Notes under the pieces: model-generated | Told to the model about the DNA's origin: nothing | Seen by the model: only the letters and a program-made list of their open reading frames with translations | The model's database searches: none | Origin: an uncultured Gemmatimonadaceae bacterium | GTDB lineage: Bacteria; Gemmatimonadota; Gemmatimonadetes; Gemmatimonadales; Gemmatimonadaceae | Length of the DNA: 64,000 nt | Assembly: GCA_963761305.1 (NCBI GenBank) | Contig: CAVXGK010000002.1 | Span: 2,208,001 to 2,272,000, forward strand | Reading direction: 5' to 3' | In this document: one piece after another, positions 10,004 through 21,073 of the stretch | Layout: every line of letters starts with the position of its first letter | How positions within the stretch are numbered: the first letter of the stretch is position 1 | Position numbers and translations under genes: made by a program

Positions 10004-10884
10004 TAGACCGTCGTCTCCTTCGCCGCGGCGCGATGCGTGCCGTCACGCGACTTGGCGCGCGAGCGATACTGCAGCGACGACGTCTCCACACCGCGCTCGC
10101 GCGCGATCTGTTCGACGGTCGTGAGCTTCTGCAGTCCCTGCATCGCCGCGCGAACCATGTTGTGCGGGTTGGTCGAGCCGAGGCTCTTGGTGAGGATGTC
10201 CGAGATGCCGGCGCATTCCATGATGGCGCGCACGGCACCGCCGGCGATCACGCCGGCGCCCGGGGCGGCCGGTTTCATTAGTACCCGGCCGGCGCCGTGT
10301 GATCCAACGATCTCGTGGGGAATCGTGCTGCCGGTGAGCGGGATGTTCACCATCTTGCGGCGCGCCGCGTCGACCGCCTTGCGGACGGCCTCCGAGACTT
10401 CGTTCGCCTTGCCCGATGCGAAGCCGACCCGCCCCTGTCCGTCGCCGACGGCCACCAGCGCGTTGAACGAGAAGCGCCGGCCGCCCTTCACGACCTTGGC
10501 CACGCGGTTGATGGCGATCACGTTCTCGACGAGATCGCTGCCTTCACCGCGCTCGCGCTGGTCGCCGTGACGGCCGCCGCCTTCGCGTCCGCCACCACCA
10601 CCGCGTCCGCCGCGATCGCCGCCGCGGTCACCGCCGCCGCCCGGACCACCGCCGCCACCGGGACCGCCGCGACCGCGACCGCCCGGACCACCACCCCCGC
10701 CCGGCCCACGGCCGCCACCGCCACGACCCCCGCCGCCACGACCGCCGCCGCCACGGCCACCGCCGCCGCGACCGCTGCGCGCGCTGCCGCCGGCGCCCGC
10801 GCCACCGCCGCCGCTGCTACGGCCTTGCGCGGGCGGGGACTGGGATGCGCCGCTCGCTCCGGATGTATTCTGAGTGTCTTCCAT
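10003..10884 (-). CDS. rpsE: 30S ribosomal protein S5 with long Gly/Arg-rich N-terminal extension
   Basis: [36 protein letters not shown]. Confidence 0.97.
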   Translation of the reverse strand: MEDTQNTSGASGASQSPPAQGRSSGGGGAGAGGSARSGRGGGGRGGGGRGGGGRGGGGRGPGGGGGPGGRGRGGPGGGGGPGGGGDRGGDRGGRGGGGGREGGGRHGDQRERGEGSDLVENVIAINRVAKVVKGGRRFSFNALVAVGDGQGRVGFASGKANEVSEAVRKAVDAARRKMVNIPLTGSTIPHEIVGSHGAGRVLMKPAAPGAGVIAGGAVRAIMECAGISDILTKSLGSTNPHNMVRAAMQGLQKLTTVEQIARERGVETSSLQYRSRAKSRDGTHRAAAKETTV

Positions 10885-10886
10885 TA

Positions 10887-11240
10887 TTAGAACTCCAAAC
10901 CGCCCTCACGGGCGCCGTCAGCCACGGCTTTCACTCGGCCGTGGAACTTGTAACCCGCGCGATCGAACACGACTCTCTTGATACCGGCGTCTTTCGCCTT
11001 CGCGGCGACGCGCTTGCCGACTTCGAGCGACTTCTCCGTCTTCTTGCCGGTCTCCAGATCCGTGCTCGACACCGTCATCAGCGTGCGGCGCGACACGTCG
11101 TCGACCAGCTGGGCGGTGATGTGCTTGAGCGAACGGAACACGACGAGGCGCGGGCGCTCCGGCGTGCCGGTGACTTTTTTCCGAACGCGGAGGTGGCGGC
11201 GATGCCGCTTCTGCTCACGCGACTTTCCGAACGTTGGCAT
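10887..11240 (-). CDS. rplR: 50S ribosomal protein L18
   Basis: [25 protein letters not shown]. Confidence 0.98.
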   Translation of the reverse strand: MPTFGKSREQKRHRRHLRVRKKVTGTPERPRLVVFRSLKHITAQLVDDVSRRTLMTVSSTDLETGKKTEKSLEVGKRVAAKAKDAGIKRVVFDRAGYKFHGRVKAVADGAREGGLEF

Positions 11241-11242
11241 GA

Positions 11243-11782
11243 TTACTTGGCTCCCGTCTTACCGGCCTTGCGACGAACGATTTCGTCGGAATAGCGAATC
11301 CCCTTGCCTTTGTACGGCTCGGGCGGACGCAGACCGCGCAACTCGGCCGCGACCTGTCCGACGAGCGCCTTGTCGGCGCCGTCGATGATGATCTGCGTCG
11401 GCTGCGGCGCGGTCAGCTTGATGCCAGCGGGCGCCTTGTACTCGATCTGGTGCGAGAAGCCGAGGGCGAGCTGCAGCCCGTACGGCCGCTGCTCCGCCTT
11501 GTAGCCGACGCCCGTGATCTCGAGCTGCTTGCGATATCCCTTCGTCACGCCGTCCATCATGTTGTTGATGAGCGACCGCGTGAGACCGTGCAGCGACTTG
11601 TGGTGCGTCTCGTCCGACTCGCGCTTCACGTTGAGCGCGGCGTCCGTCTTGTCGACGGAGATGCCGGCCGGAAGCCGATGCGTGAGCTCGCCCTTGGGGC
11701 CCTTCACCTTCACGGTGTTGCCGTCCACCGCGACGGTGACGCCGCTGGGGATCGAGACGGGAAGTTTGCCGATACGCGACAT
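11243..11782 (-). CDS. rplF: 50S ribosomal protein L6
   Basis: [19 protein letters not shown]. Confidence 0.98.
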   Translation of the reverse strand: MSRIGKLPVSIPSGVTVAVDGNTVKVKGPKGELTHRLPAGISVDKTDAALNVKRESDETHHKSLHGLTRSLINNMMDGVTKGYRKQLEITGVGYKAEQRPYGLQLALGFSHQIEYKAPAGIKLTAPQPTQIIIDGADKALVGQVAAELRGLRPPEPYKGKGIRYSDEIVRRKAGKTGAK

Positions 11783-11792
11783 GTCGATTCTC

Positions 11793-12191
11793 CTACCACA
11801 CCATGGCGACGAGCTCGCCGCCGGTGCGCGACTGCCGCGCCTCGCGGTCGGACATCAAGCCCTTGTTCGTGCTGAGGATCGCCAGGCCGAGTCCGTTGCG
11901 GACGCGCGGGATCTCGCCCGCGCCGACGTAGCGGCGGAGGCCGGGCGTCGACACGCGCTGCAGCTGGCGGATCACCGCCTGGCCGCCGGCGTACTTGAGC
12001 CGCACCCGCAGCACCTGACGGCCTTCGTCCGTCTCGAGCGTGGAATAATCCTGAATGTAATTGTTCTCTTTCAGGATTCTGGCGATCTCGACTTTCATCC
12101 GTGACACCGGAATGTCGACGCGGCGATGCTTCGATCCGCAAGCATTGCGGATGCGCGTCAGCATGTCGGCGATCGGGTCGGTCATTGACAT
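11793..12191 (-). CDS. rpsH: 30S ribosomal protein S8
   Basis: DPIADMLTRIRNA, STPGLRRY, GGEL. Confidence 0.98.
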   Translation of the reverse strand: MSMTDPIADMLTRIRNACGSKHRRVDIPVSRMKVEIARILKENNYIQDYSTLETDEGRQVLRVRLKYAGGQAVIRQLQRVSTPGLRRYVGAGEIPRVRNGLGLAILSTNKGLMSDREARQSRTGGELVAMVW

Positions 12192-12286
12192 AGTGGAATC
12201 TGCGCTCCTCTCGTATCCGGGGTCGGACGTGGAGGAATAAGGTGAAGTGACATCTGACTGCTCTCGATCTCTGGTCTGACGTGTTT

Positions 12287-12332
12287 CCGGTCTACCGGTC
12301 TACCGGTCTACCGGTCTACCGGTCTACCGGTA
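12287..12332. repeat. Tandem octamer (CCGGTCTA)x5 plus partial unit
   Basis: Directly visible in the rpsN-rpsH intergenic region; reads TAGACCGG in the transcription direction. Confidence 0.95.
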
Positions 12333-12336
12333 CCCG

Positions 12337-12522
12337 CTACCAGGACGCCTTTCGGACTCCGGGAATCATCCCCTGCAACGACAGCTCACGGAAGCAAATC
12401 CGGCACAAGCCGAACCGGCGCAAAAAGGCGCGCGAGCGGCCGCAGCGGCCGCACCGGTTGTGGACGCGGACCTTGAACTTCGGCTTCCGCTTGCTCTTCT
12501 CGATCATCGCCTTACGAGCCAT
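12337..12522 (-). CDS. rpsN: 30S ribosomal protein S14, Zn-binding (type Z)
   Basis: 61 aa; RCGRCGR...LCRIC. Confidence 0.97.
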   Translation of the reverse strand: MARKAMIEKSKRKPKFKVRVHNRCGRCGRSRAFLRRFGLCRICFRELSLQGMIPGVRKASW

Positions 12523-12553
12523 CTGGATCTCTCTGTACTAGGTGAAGTCGGCG

Positions 12554-13222
12554 TCAGGCGGCGCCGCGGGTCTTTTTCTCGTCGGTGCGGAACGGCATGC
12601 CGAGCTCGCGCAGCAACGCCATCGCGTGGTCGTCGCGGTTGGTGCTCGTCACGAACGTGATGTCCATGCCGTGGATCGAGTCGATCGAGTCGTAGTTGAT
12701 CTCGGGAAAGATCATCTGCTCCTTGAGGCCGAGCGAATAATTTCCGCGGCCATCGAACGACCGGGTCCCCAGACCTCTGAAGTCGCGGATCCGTGGAATC
12801 GCGACGCTGATGAAACGATCGAGGAACTCCCACATCCGCGCGCCGCGCAGCGTGACCGCCGCACCGATTTCCTGTCCCTGGCGAAGGCCGAAATTGGAGA
12901 TCGACTTCTTCGCCTTCTTCCGCACCGGCTGCTGGCCGGTGATGATCGCCAGCTCGTCGACGACCGAATCGAGCGCCTTCGGCTGCTTGATCGCTTCGCC
13001 GACGCCGACGTTGAGCACGATCTTTTCGAGCCGCGGGACCTGATGCGGATTCGCGTACGAGAACTGCTGCGTCAGCTTCGGGCGAACGGTCGCCAAATAG
13101 AAGTCGCGCAGCCGCGGCGCGGGAACGGGCAGCTTCGCGCCGGCGTGCGGTCCACGCGTGCGCGCTTCGCCGCCGCCCTTCTTTCCTTTGCCCTTACCGG
13201 GCTTCGTCTCTTTGTTGGCCAT
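12554..13222 (-). CDS. rplE: 50S ribosomal protein L5 with N-terminal extension
   Basis: [32 protein letters not shown]. Confidence 0.98.
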   Translation of the reverse strand: MANKETKPGKGKGKKGGGEARTRGPHAGAKLPVPAPRLRDFYLATVRPKLTQQFSYANPHQVPRLEKIVLNVGVGEAIKQPKALDSVVDELAIITGQQPVRKKAKKSISNFGLRQGQEIGAAVTLRGARMWEFLDRFISVAIPRIRDFRGLGTRSFDGRGNYSLGLKEQMIFPEINYDSIDSIHGMDITFVTSTNRDDHAMALLRELGMPFRTDEKKTRGAA

Positions 13223-13240
13223 GGGTCTCAGTCTCTCGTG

Positions 13241-13648
13241 CTACTTCAGCACTCGCGGAATCGCTTCGCCGCTCTTGACGGCGATGCGTTCCTTGGTTCC
13301 GTCTTCGTCGATCTGCCGGCGCGTGCGCGTCGGCTCGCCTTTCTTCGGGTCGAGCAGCATCACGTTCGAAGCGTGAATCGGCGCCGGGAAATCGACGATG
13401 CCGCTCTGCTCGTCCGCCGTCCGCGCGCGGCGATGCCGCTTCACGATGTTCACGCCCTCGATCGTCACACGGCCCGTCTTGTGTAACACGCGGAGGATCT
13501 TGCCCTCTTTGCCCTTGTCGTCGCCCCGCATCACGCGCACGGTGTCGCCCCTGGTCACGTGAATCTTGACGACCGCCTTGTTGCCGGCGTGCCGCTGGCG
13601 GTTGACGGCGCGCGGCCGATCGGTCTTGCGATGTTTGAGAATTCGCAT
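13241..13648 (-). CDS. rplX: 50S ribosomal protein L24 with basic N-terminal extension
   Basis: [19 protein letters not shown] motif; APIHASNV. Confidence 0.96.
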   Translation of the reverse strand: MRILKHRKTDRPRAVNRQRHAGNKAVVKIHVTRGDTVRVMRGDDKGKEGKILRVLHKTGRVTIEGVNIVKRHRRARTADEQSGIVDFPAPIHASNVMLLDPKKGEPTRTRRQIDEDGTKERIAVKSGEAIPRVLK

Positions 13649-13649
13649 G

Positions 13650-14018
13650 TCAGATCACCTCGGGCGCCAACGACACGATCTTCATGTACCGCTTCTCGCG
13701 CAGCTCGCGCGCGACCGGACCGAAGATGCGGGTCGCCCGGGGCTCCCCTTCTTCGTTGATGATGACGACGGCGTTCTCGTCGAACCGGATGTAGCTCCCG
13801 TCCTTCCGCCGTGTCTCCTTGGCGGTGCGCACCACGACGGCACGCGCCACGTCGGATTTCTTCACGGTGCCGTTCGGCAGCGCGTCCTTCACGGCGACGA
13901 TCACGACGTCGCCCAGGCCGGCGTAGCGCCGGCGCGTTCCGCCGAGGACGCGGATGACGAGCGCGCGCTTCGCGCCCGAGTTGTCCGCAACCCTGACGAT
14001 GGATTCCTGTTGAATCAT
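13650..14018 (-). CDS. rplN: 50S ribosomal protein L14
   Basis: [26 protein letters not shown]. Confidence 0.99.
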   Translation of the reverse strand: MIQQESIVRVADNSGAKRALVIRVLGGTRRRYAGLGDVVIVAVKDALPNGTVKKSDVARAVVVRTAKETRRKDGSYIRFDENAVVIINEEGEPRATRIFGPVARELREKRYMKIVSLAPEVI

Positions 14019-14034
14019 TGGATCATCTCCCGGT

Positions 14035-14343
14035 TCACCGCGCCCGTTCGACGATCTCGACGACGCGCCACCGCTTGTCCTTCGACAGCGGGCGCGTCTC
14101 CGCGATGCGGACGGTGTCGCCGGTCTTGGCCGCGTTCTCTTCGTCGTGCGCTTTCACCTTCGTCGTCCGCGTCACCATCTTGCCGTACACGGGGTGCGCG
14201 ACGCGGCGTTGAATCGCCACGACCACGGTCTTCTGCATCTTGTCGCTCACCACCGTTCCCGTGCGGACCTTTCGCGATCCGCGCTCGGTCGCCGCCGTCG
14301 CGCTGTTTTCGGCCGCGCTATTCAACGATGTTCGATTAACCAT
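14035..14343 (-). CDS. rpsQ: 30S ribosomal protein S17
   Basis: [22 protein letters not shown]. Confidence 0.97.
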   Translation of the reverse strand: MVNRTSLNSAAENSATAATERGSRKVRTGTVVSDKMQKTVVVAIQRRVAHPVYGKMVTRTTKVKAHDEENAAKTGDTVRIAETRPLSKDKRWRVVEIVERAR

Positions 14344-14593
14344 TGGCTCCCCGCTTTGCCTTCGTCTTCCGCGTTCTCGCCGCCGACGACGCCGGCTTCG
14401 CTTCCGTCCCGCCGCCCTCGCGCATCACCGTCTTCAGGCGCGCGATGTCGCGCCGGATGACGCGCAGCCGCAACGGATCCTCGAGCGGCTCCGTCCCGCT
14501 GCGGAACTTGAGGCGGAACTGCTCCTCTTCGAGCTCGCGGACGCGAGCCACGATGTCGTCCTTTCCCATCTCGCGAATCTCTTCAGCTCGCAT
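14336..14593 (-). CDS. rpmC: 50S ribosomal protein L29
   Basis: FRLKFR...[10 protein letters not shown]; operon position. Confidence 0.95.
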   Translation of the reverse strand: MRAEEIREMGKDDIVARVRELEEEQFRLKFRSGTEPLEDPLRLRVIRRDIARLKTVMREGGGTEAKPASSAARTRKTKAKRGANG

Positions 14594-14596
14594 CGC

Positions 14597-15022
14597 TCAG
14601 GCTCCTCCTTCCGCGCCTTCGCGCGTGACGAACTTCGTGCGCACCGGCATCTTGGCCGCCGCCAGCGCCATCGCCTTCTCGGCGATCTCGCGCGTCACGC
14701 CCTCGAGCTCGAACAGCACGCGCCCCGGACGCACGACCGCCACCCACATCTCCGGCGATCCCTTGCCTTTGCCCATGCGCGTTTCGGCCGGTTTCTTCGT
14801 GATCGGTTTGTCGGGGAACAGGCGGATCCACACCTTGCCGCCGCGCTTGATGTGACGCGTGAGCGCCACGCGCGCCGCTTCGATCTGGCGCGCGGTGATC
14901 CAACCCGGCTCCATCGTCTGCAGCCCGTACGTGCCGAACGACACTTCACCGCCGCGACTCGCCAGACCGCGCGTGCGGCCCTTGAATCGCTTGCGGAATT
15001 TCACTCGCTTCGGTGCCAGCAT
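14597..15022 (-). CDS. rplP: 50S ribosomal protein L16
   Basis: [11 protein letters not shown] from ATG 15022, AGGAG upstream; RMGKGKG. Confidence 0.98.
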   Translation of the reverse strand: MLAPKRVKFRKRFKGRTRGLASRGGEVSFGTYGLQTMEPGWITARQIEAARVALTRHIKRGGKVWIRLFPDKPITKKPAETRMGKGKGSPEMWVAVVRPGRVLFELEGVTREIAEKAMALAAAKMPVRTKFVTREGAEGGA

Positions 15023-15039
15023 TGCTCGCTCGTCTCCTT

Positions 15040-15163
15040 GTGATCGTTCCTCGCTTCGGCGCTTCCGCACCTCCGCTCGGAATTCTCCATCCAGCCGTCT
15101 TCGTGATCGTTCCTCGCTTCGACGCTTCGCGCCTCCGCTCGGACTTCTCCATCAAGCCGTCTT
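15040..15163. repeat. Tandem duplication of a ~62-bp REP-like unit between rpsC and rplP
   Basis: Unit 1 (15040-15102) gtgatcgttcctcgcttcggcgcttccgcacctccgctcggaattctccatccagccgtcttc; unit 2 (15103-15163) gtgatcgttcctcgcttcgacgcttcgcgcctccgctcggacttctccatcaagccgtctt. Confidence 0.9.
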
Positions 15164-15821
15164 ACATGCCGGAGGAGTAGGTAGTCCCGCGGCGATCCTC
15201 GACCTTCTCGCCCTTGAAGATCCACACCTTCACGCCGATGGCGCCGAAGGTCGTCTTCGCGGTCGACGTCGCGTAGTCGATGTCCGCCCTCAGTGTGTGC
15301 AGGGGAACTCTGCCCTCGTGGTAGCCTTCGACGCGCGCGATCTCCGCGCCGCCGAGCCGGCCGCCCGCCTTCACCTTGATGCCCTGCGCGCCCATGCGCA
15401 TCGCGCTCTGCACCGCGCGCTTCATCGCGCGACGGAACGAGATGCGCTGCGCCAGCTGGCTCGCGATGTTGTCCGCCACCAGCTGCGCGTCGAGCTCCGG
15501 GCGCTTGATCTCTTCGACGTTGATGCCGACTTCCTTGCCCGTCAGGTGCGCCAGTTCGTCGCGCAGCTTGTCCACCTCGGCGCCTTTCTTTCCGATGACG
15601 ACGCCCGGGCGCCCGGTGTGCAGCGTGACGACGACCTTGCCCGGCTTGCGGTCGATCACGATGTCCGCGATCGCCGCGTGCCCGAGGCGCGCCTTGAGAT
15701 ACTTGCGCAGCAATTCGTCCTCGCGCAGCAACGCGGGCAGCTCACGCCCGGCGTAGTAGCGCGACTTCCAGTCCTTCGAGATGCCGAGGCGGAACCCGAT
15801 CGGATGTGTCTTCTGTCCCAT
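15162..15821 (-). CDS. rpsC: 30S ribosomal protein S3
   Basis: [34 protein letters not shown]. Confidence 0.99.
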   Translation of the reverse strand: MGQKTHPIGFRLGISKDWKSRYYAGRELPALLREDELLRKYLKARLGHAAIADIVIDRKPGKVVVTLHTGRPGVVIGKKGAEVDKLRDELAHLTGKEVGINVEEIKRPELDAQLVADNIASQLAQRISFRRAMKRAVQSAMRMGAQGIKVKAGGRLGGAEIARVEGYHEGRVPLHTLRADIDYATSTAKTTFGAIGVKVWIFKGEKVEDRRGTTYSSGM

Positions 15822-16183
15822 TACCGACTCTCCCGCTCGGCGACCACGATTTCCACGTGGCTCGTCCGTTTCTGGATTGGAGTGGCACGTCCCATCGCGG
15901 CCGGCATGAACCGCTTGAGCTTCTGTCCTTCGTTCACGACCGCCCGCTTGATGTACAGGTCGTCGACGTCGATCGACGTGTTGCCTTCACGCGCCGCGTG
16001 CTCCGCGTTGGCGACGGCCGACCGCAACGTCTTGGCGATCTGTTTCGCCGCGTGCTTCTTCGAGAACTGCAAATAGGCGAGCGCGTCGTTGACGCTCTTG
16101 CCGCGGATCTCGTCGATGACGAGCCGCATCTTGTAGGGCGACTGTCGCGCGGAGCGTTGCGTCGCGCGGGCTTCGGTGGCCAT
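15821..16183 (-). CDS. rplV: 50S ribosomal protein L22
   Basis: [25 protein letters not shown]. Confidence 0.97.
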   Translation of the reverse strand: MATEARATQRSARQSPYKMRLVIDEIRGKSVNDALAYLQFSKKHAAKQIAKTLRSAVANAEHAAREGNTSIDVDDLYIKRAVVNEGQKLKRFMPAAMGRATPIQKRTSHVEIVVAERESR

Positions 16184-16186
16184 CGG

Positions 16187-16549
16187 CTATCTCCCTCCGC
16201 GCGGCGAGGGCGACGACGCGGCCGGAGCCGTGGCGGCCGGCGCGGCGGCGGTGCCGGCGGCCGGCGTCGGCGCCTTCTTGTCGACGGCCTTCTGTCCCGT
16301 GTGTCCGCGGAACAGGCGCGTCGGCGCGAACTCGCCGAGCTTGTGGCCGACCATGTTCTCGGTCACGTACACCGGGATGAACTTGTTCCCGTTGTGCACG
16401 GCGAACGTGTGGCCGACGAACTCCGGCAGCACGGTGCTCGCCCGCGACCAGGTCTTGATCACGCGCTTCTCGTTCTTGGCGGCCATGGCCTCGACCTTCT
16501 TGGCCAGCGCCTCTTGAACGAACGGTCCCTTCTTTACGCTACGTCCCAT
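16187..16549 (-). CDS. rpsS: 30S ribosomal protein S19 with Ala/Pro-rich tail
   Basis: [24 protein letters not shown]. Confidence 0.98.
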   Translation of the reverse strand: MGRSVKKGPFVQEALAKKVEAMAAKNEKRVIKTWSRASTVLPEFVGHTFAVHNGNKFIPVYVTENMVGHKLGEFAPTRLFRGHTGQKAVDKKAPTPAAGTAAAPAATAPAASSPSPRGGR

Positions 16550-16561
16550 AGGATCGATACC

Positions 16562-17392
16562 TTATTGAGTCGCTTTGCCGCGCTTGCGGCCGCGGACGAT
16601 GAGGCGCTGTGACGACTTCTTCTTGTTCCGCGTCTTGACGCCTTCCTTCTTGCCCCACGGGCTCACCACGTTGCGCCCGCCGCGCGTGCGTCCGCCGTGC
16701 GGATGGTCGACCGGGTTCATGACTTCGCCGCGGACCTTCGGACGGCGGCCGAGCCACCGCGTCTTGCCCGCCTTGCCCCACGACACGAGCTCGTGCTCCT
16801 CGTTGCCGACGACGCCGATCGTCGCCAGGCAGCGCGCGTGCACGAGCCGCATCTCCGACGACGGCATGCGGAGCGTGACGTACTCGCCTTCCTTCGCGAC
16901 GACTTGCGCCGACATGCCCGCCGACCGGCAGAGCTGGCCGCCCTTCCCGATCTTCAATTCGATGTTGTGAACGGACGTGCCGAGCGGCATCTCCGACAGC
17001 GGGAGCGTGTTGCCGGTGCGGATGTCCGAGCCCGGGCCGGACATGATCGAATCGCCGACGGCGAGCCCCTTGGGATGCAGGATGTAGCGCTTCTCGCCGT
17101 CGCCATACACGACGAGCGCGATGCGCGCCGAGCGATTCGGATCGTATTCGATCGTCGAGATCGTGCCCGGAACGCCGTGCTTGTTGCGCTTGAAATCGAT
17201 GACGCGGTACTGGCGCTTGTGCCCGCCGCCACGACGGCGCATCGAGATGTGGCCGTGGTTGTCGCGGCCGCCGCTCTTCTTGATCGGCTCGAGCAGCGAC
17301 TTCTCCGGCTCGACCGCGCTCAGCTCGGAGAAATCCGAGACCGAGCGGAATCGCGTGCCCTTGGTGACCGGTTTGAATTGACGAATCGGCAT
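16562..17392 (-). CDS. rplB: 50S ribosomal protein L2
   Basis: [23 protein letters not shown]. Confidence 0.99.
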   Translation of the reverse strand: MPIRQFKPVTKGTRFRSVSDFSELSAVEPEKSLLEPIKKSGGRDNHGHISMRRRGGGHKRQYRVIDFKRNKHGVPGTISTIEYDPNRSARIALVVYGDGEKRYILHPKGLAVGDSIMSGPGSDIRTGNTLPLSEMPLGTSVHNIELKIGKGGQLCRSAGMSAQVVAKEGEYVTLRMPSSEMRLVHARCLATIGVVGNEEHELVSWGKAGKTRWLGRRPKVRGEVMNPVDHPHGGRTRGGRNVVSPWGKKEGVKTRNKKKSSQRLIVRGRKRGKATQ

Positions 17393-17411
17393 TGGTTGGT
17401 GTGCTCGCTGC

Positions 17412-17708
17412 TCAGGCTTCGAAGACGTGCTCGATCGAATCGCCCTCGCGGAGCGTCACGATCGCTTTCTTCCAGTCGGGGCGGCGTCCCACGACACGGG
17501 TCGCGCCCAGGCGCTTGTCCTTACCGCGGACGTTCATCGTCCAGATGCCGGTGACCTTCACGCCGAACAGCTGCTCGATGGCCGCGCGAATCTGCGTCTT
17601 GGTCGCGTCGCGATGCACTTCGAACGCGTACTCACCGCGATGCTGATAAGCGGCCGAGGTCTTCTCGGTGATCAGCGGCCGCACGATGGTGCGATGGAGG
17701 GTGGGCAT
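17412..17708 (-). CDS. rplW: 50S ribosomal protein L23
   Basis: [16 protein letters not shown]. Confidence 0.97.
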   Translation of the reverse strand: MPTLHRTIVRPLITEKTSAAYQHRGEYAFEVHRDATKTQIRAAIEQLFGVKVTGIWTMNVRGKDKRLGATRVVGRRPDWKKAIVTLREGDSIEHVFEA

Positions 17709-17711
17709 CGG

Positions 17712-18566
17712 TTACTTCCCCTTCTTCTTTGAGGTGCGCGGCTTGGATCGCGCGCCGCTCGCCGACTTCTTCGCCGCCGCCTTGGCCGTGGACTTCTTCT
17801 TCGCGACGGCCTTGGCTTTCGGTGCGCCGGCGGCCTTCGCCGCCGTCTTCTTCGCCGTCGACTTGCCCTTGGTGGCGCGCGACGGCGCGGCGTGCTTCGC
17901 GTCGGCTTCTTCGCGCTCGGCCATGGGCGTCATCGCTTCACCGATGGCGCCGGACTCGATGAGCACCACGTCGGACCAGAGCAGATGGTACGTCGAGACG
18001 TCCGCGTACGGCATCACGTGCACCGACGGCAGATTGCGGCCGCTCAGGAACACGTTCTGCTTCGAGCCGTCGGTGAGGATGAGCACCTTCTGCTCGCCCA
18101 CGCCGAGGCGTTCGACGAGCGCCTTGAGGCGCGACGTCTTCGGCGAATCGTACTCGAAGCGGTCGATGACGAAGATCGCGTTCTCGCGCGCCCGCGCGTT
18201 GAGCGCGCTCTTGCGGGCGAGCGCACGCACCTGGCGCGGCACGTACTGCGCGTAGCTGCGCGGCGTCGGTCCGAAGACCGTGCCGCCGCCGACCCAGTGC
18301 GGCGCGCGCGTCGAGCCCTGTCGGGCGCGGCCCGTGCCCTTCTGCTTCCACGGCTTCTGGTTGCCGCCGATGACGTACTTGCGAATCTTCGTCGCCGCGT
18401 TGCCCTGACGCTGGTTGGCGAGGAACGCCTTCACCGCCTGGTGCATCACCGGCATGTTCACGGTGCCGTCGAACAGCGCGCCGGGGAGCGCGACGGTATC
18501 GCGCGCCGTCCCGCGCGCCGTGTAGGCGGCGGCCCGGAATGAGGTTTCGGTCGTGGTATCAGCCAT
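17712..18566 (-). CDS. rplD: 50S ribosomal protein L4 with Lys/Ala-rich C-terminal tail
   Basis: [23 protein letters not shown]. Confidence 0.98.
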   Translation of the reverse strand: MADTTTETSFRAAAYTARGTARDTVALPGALFDGTVNMPVMHQAVKAFLANQRQGNAATKIRKYVIGGNQKPWKQKGTGRARQGSTRAPHWVGGGTVFGPTPRSYAQYVPRQVRALARKSALNARARENAIFVIDRFEYDSPKTSRLKALVERLGVGEQKVLILTDGSKQNVFLSGRNLPSVHVMPYADVSTYHLLWSDVVLIESGAIGEAMTPMAEREEADAKHAAPSRATKGKSTAKKTAAKAAGAPKAKAVAKKKSTAKAAAKKSASGARSKPRTSKKKGK

Positions 18567-18583
18567 GAGAGTTCTCGAGTGCC

Positions 18584-19267
18584 TTAGCTCAGCTTGCGCA
18601 CGACCACGATACCGCCGGCCTTTCCGGCCACGGACCCGCGGACGTAGATCAGGTTGCGCTCGGCGTCGATCTTCTCGACGCGAAGGTCTGTTTGCGTATG
18701 GCGCGCGTCGCCGTAATGGCCCGGCATCTTCTTGCCTTTGATGACGCGCGACGGATCCGTGCCGGGGCCGATCGAGCCCGGACGACGATGCTTCGTGTTG
18801 CCGTGGGTGTTCGGGCCGCCACCGATGCCGTGGCGCTTCACGACGCCCTGAAAGCCGTGTCCCACGGACGTGCCGGTGACCTTCACCGTGTCGCCGACGA
18901 CGAACACGTCGACCTTCACGACGTCGCCGATGGTGTACGACGGGATCTGCGCCTTGGCGTTGCCCGGCTCGTCGAGCCGCACCGACCGCAGCACGCGCGG
19001 CGGCGCCTCGAGGCCGGCCTTCTTGGCGTGGCCGACGGCGGCGAGCGTCGCGCGGTGTCCCTTCGGCGCGCCCTCACCCCGCTTCGACGCACGACGCAGG
19101 CGCGACGATCCGAGCCCGAGCTGCACCGAGGCGTAGCCGGACTTCGCCGGGTCCGTGACCGCGACGACCGGGTTCGGCGGCGCTTCGATCACCGTCACCG
19201 GGATCTGCTGGCCCGCCTCGTTGAAGATCTGGGTCATGCCCAGCTTTTTTCCGACAATACCAATCAT
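18584..19267 (-). CDS. rplC: 50S ribosomal protein L3
   Basis: GKKLGMTQIF, GFQGVVKRH, PGSIG, KMPGH. Confidence 0.98.
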   Translation of the reverse strand: MIGIVGKKLGMTQIFNEAGQQIPVTVIEAPPNPVVAVTDPAKSGYASVQLGLGSSRLRRASKRGEGAPKGHRATLAAVGHAKKAGLEAPPRVLRSVRLDEPGNAKAQIPSYTIGDVVKVDVFVVGDTVKVTGTSVGHGFQGVVKRHGIGGGPNTHGNTKHRRPGSIGPGTDPSRVIKGKKMPGHYGDARHTQTDLRVEKIDAERNLIYVRGSVAGKAGGIVVVRKLS

Positions 19268-19447
19268 ATCTCGATCATTCCTGAGTTAGTCGCTGCGGGC
19301 CGCTTGGCCTGAAGCAGTTGGACTGTGGAATAGGCTGCTGTAGTTGTCAGCGGCAGCGGCTGTCGTCAGTGCCCGCCGCCTGTTGCCGCCGCTGCCGACT
19401 AGAGTGACTCTCAGTCAACCAATCCCCATTGGTGCGCTTTCGCCTGC

Positions 19448-19756
19448 CTACTCCACCTTGATTTCGACGTCCACGCCGGCCGGCAGGTCCAGCTTCGTCA
19501 GCGCGTCGACCGTCTGGGCGCGCGAGTCGAGGATGTCGATTACGCGCTTGTGCGTCTTGAGCTCGAACTGCTCTCGCGACTTCTTGTCGACGTGCGGCGA
19601 CCGCAGCACAGTCCATCGCTGCGTCTTGGTGGGCAGCGGAATCGGGCCCGACACCTGCGCGCCCGTCTTCTCCGCCGTCCGCACGATGTCCGCCGACGCT
19701 TGATCGATCACCGCGTGATCGAACGCCTTGAGACGAATGCGAATTCTGCCAGCCAT
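19448..19756 (-). CDS. rpsJ: 30S ribosomal protein S10
   Basis: [24 protein letters not shown]. Confidence 0.99.
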   Translation of the reverse strand: MAGRIRIRLKAFDHAVIDQASADIVRTAEKTGAQVSGPIPLPTKTQRWTVLRSPHVDKKSREQFELKTHKRVIDILDSRAQTVDALTKLDLPAGVDVEIKVE

Positions 19757-19784
19757 TGGGTTTCTCGCTGAGTGACTGTCGCTA

Positions 19785-19830
19785 ACGATTGTCGCTGACG
19801 ACTGGAGTCCCAGCCGTCAGCGACGATCGT
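19785..19830. other. Long intergenic hairpin immediately downstream of tuf
   Basis: acgattgtcgctgacgactgg-agtc-ccagccgtcagcgacgatcgt; no U-tract. Confidence 0.6.
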
Positions 19831-19832
19831 AT

Positions 19833-21035
<1,203 letters not shown>

Positions 21036-21073
21036 TGAACTGATCCCTATTGGATTAAGAGTTCTCTCGCCTG

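Noticed and set aside
6594..10238. Long N-terminal extensions of Map, Adk, SecY and L15 in the ORF track
   Set aside because: They overlap upstream genes or intergenic signals; downstream starts match family N-termini.
15040..15163. Possible mini-CRISPR array
   Set aside because: Only two abutting ~62-bp units, with no unique spacers and no cas genes in the window.
19340..19400. Imperfect inverted repeat between rpsJ and rplC as an ncRNA
   Set aside because: A GC-rich low-complexity stem with no recognisable family features; insufficient evidence.
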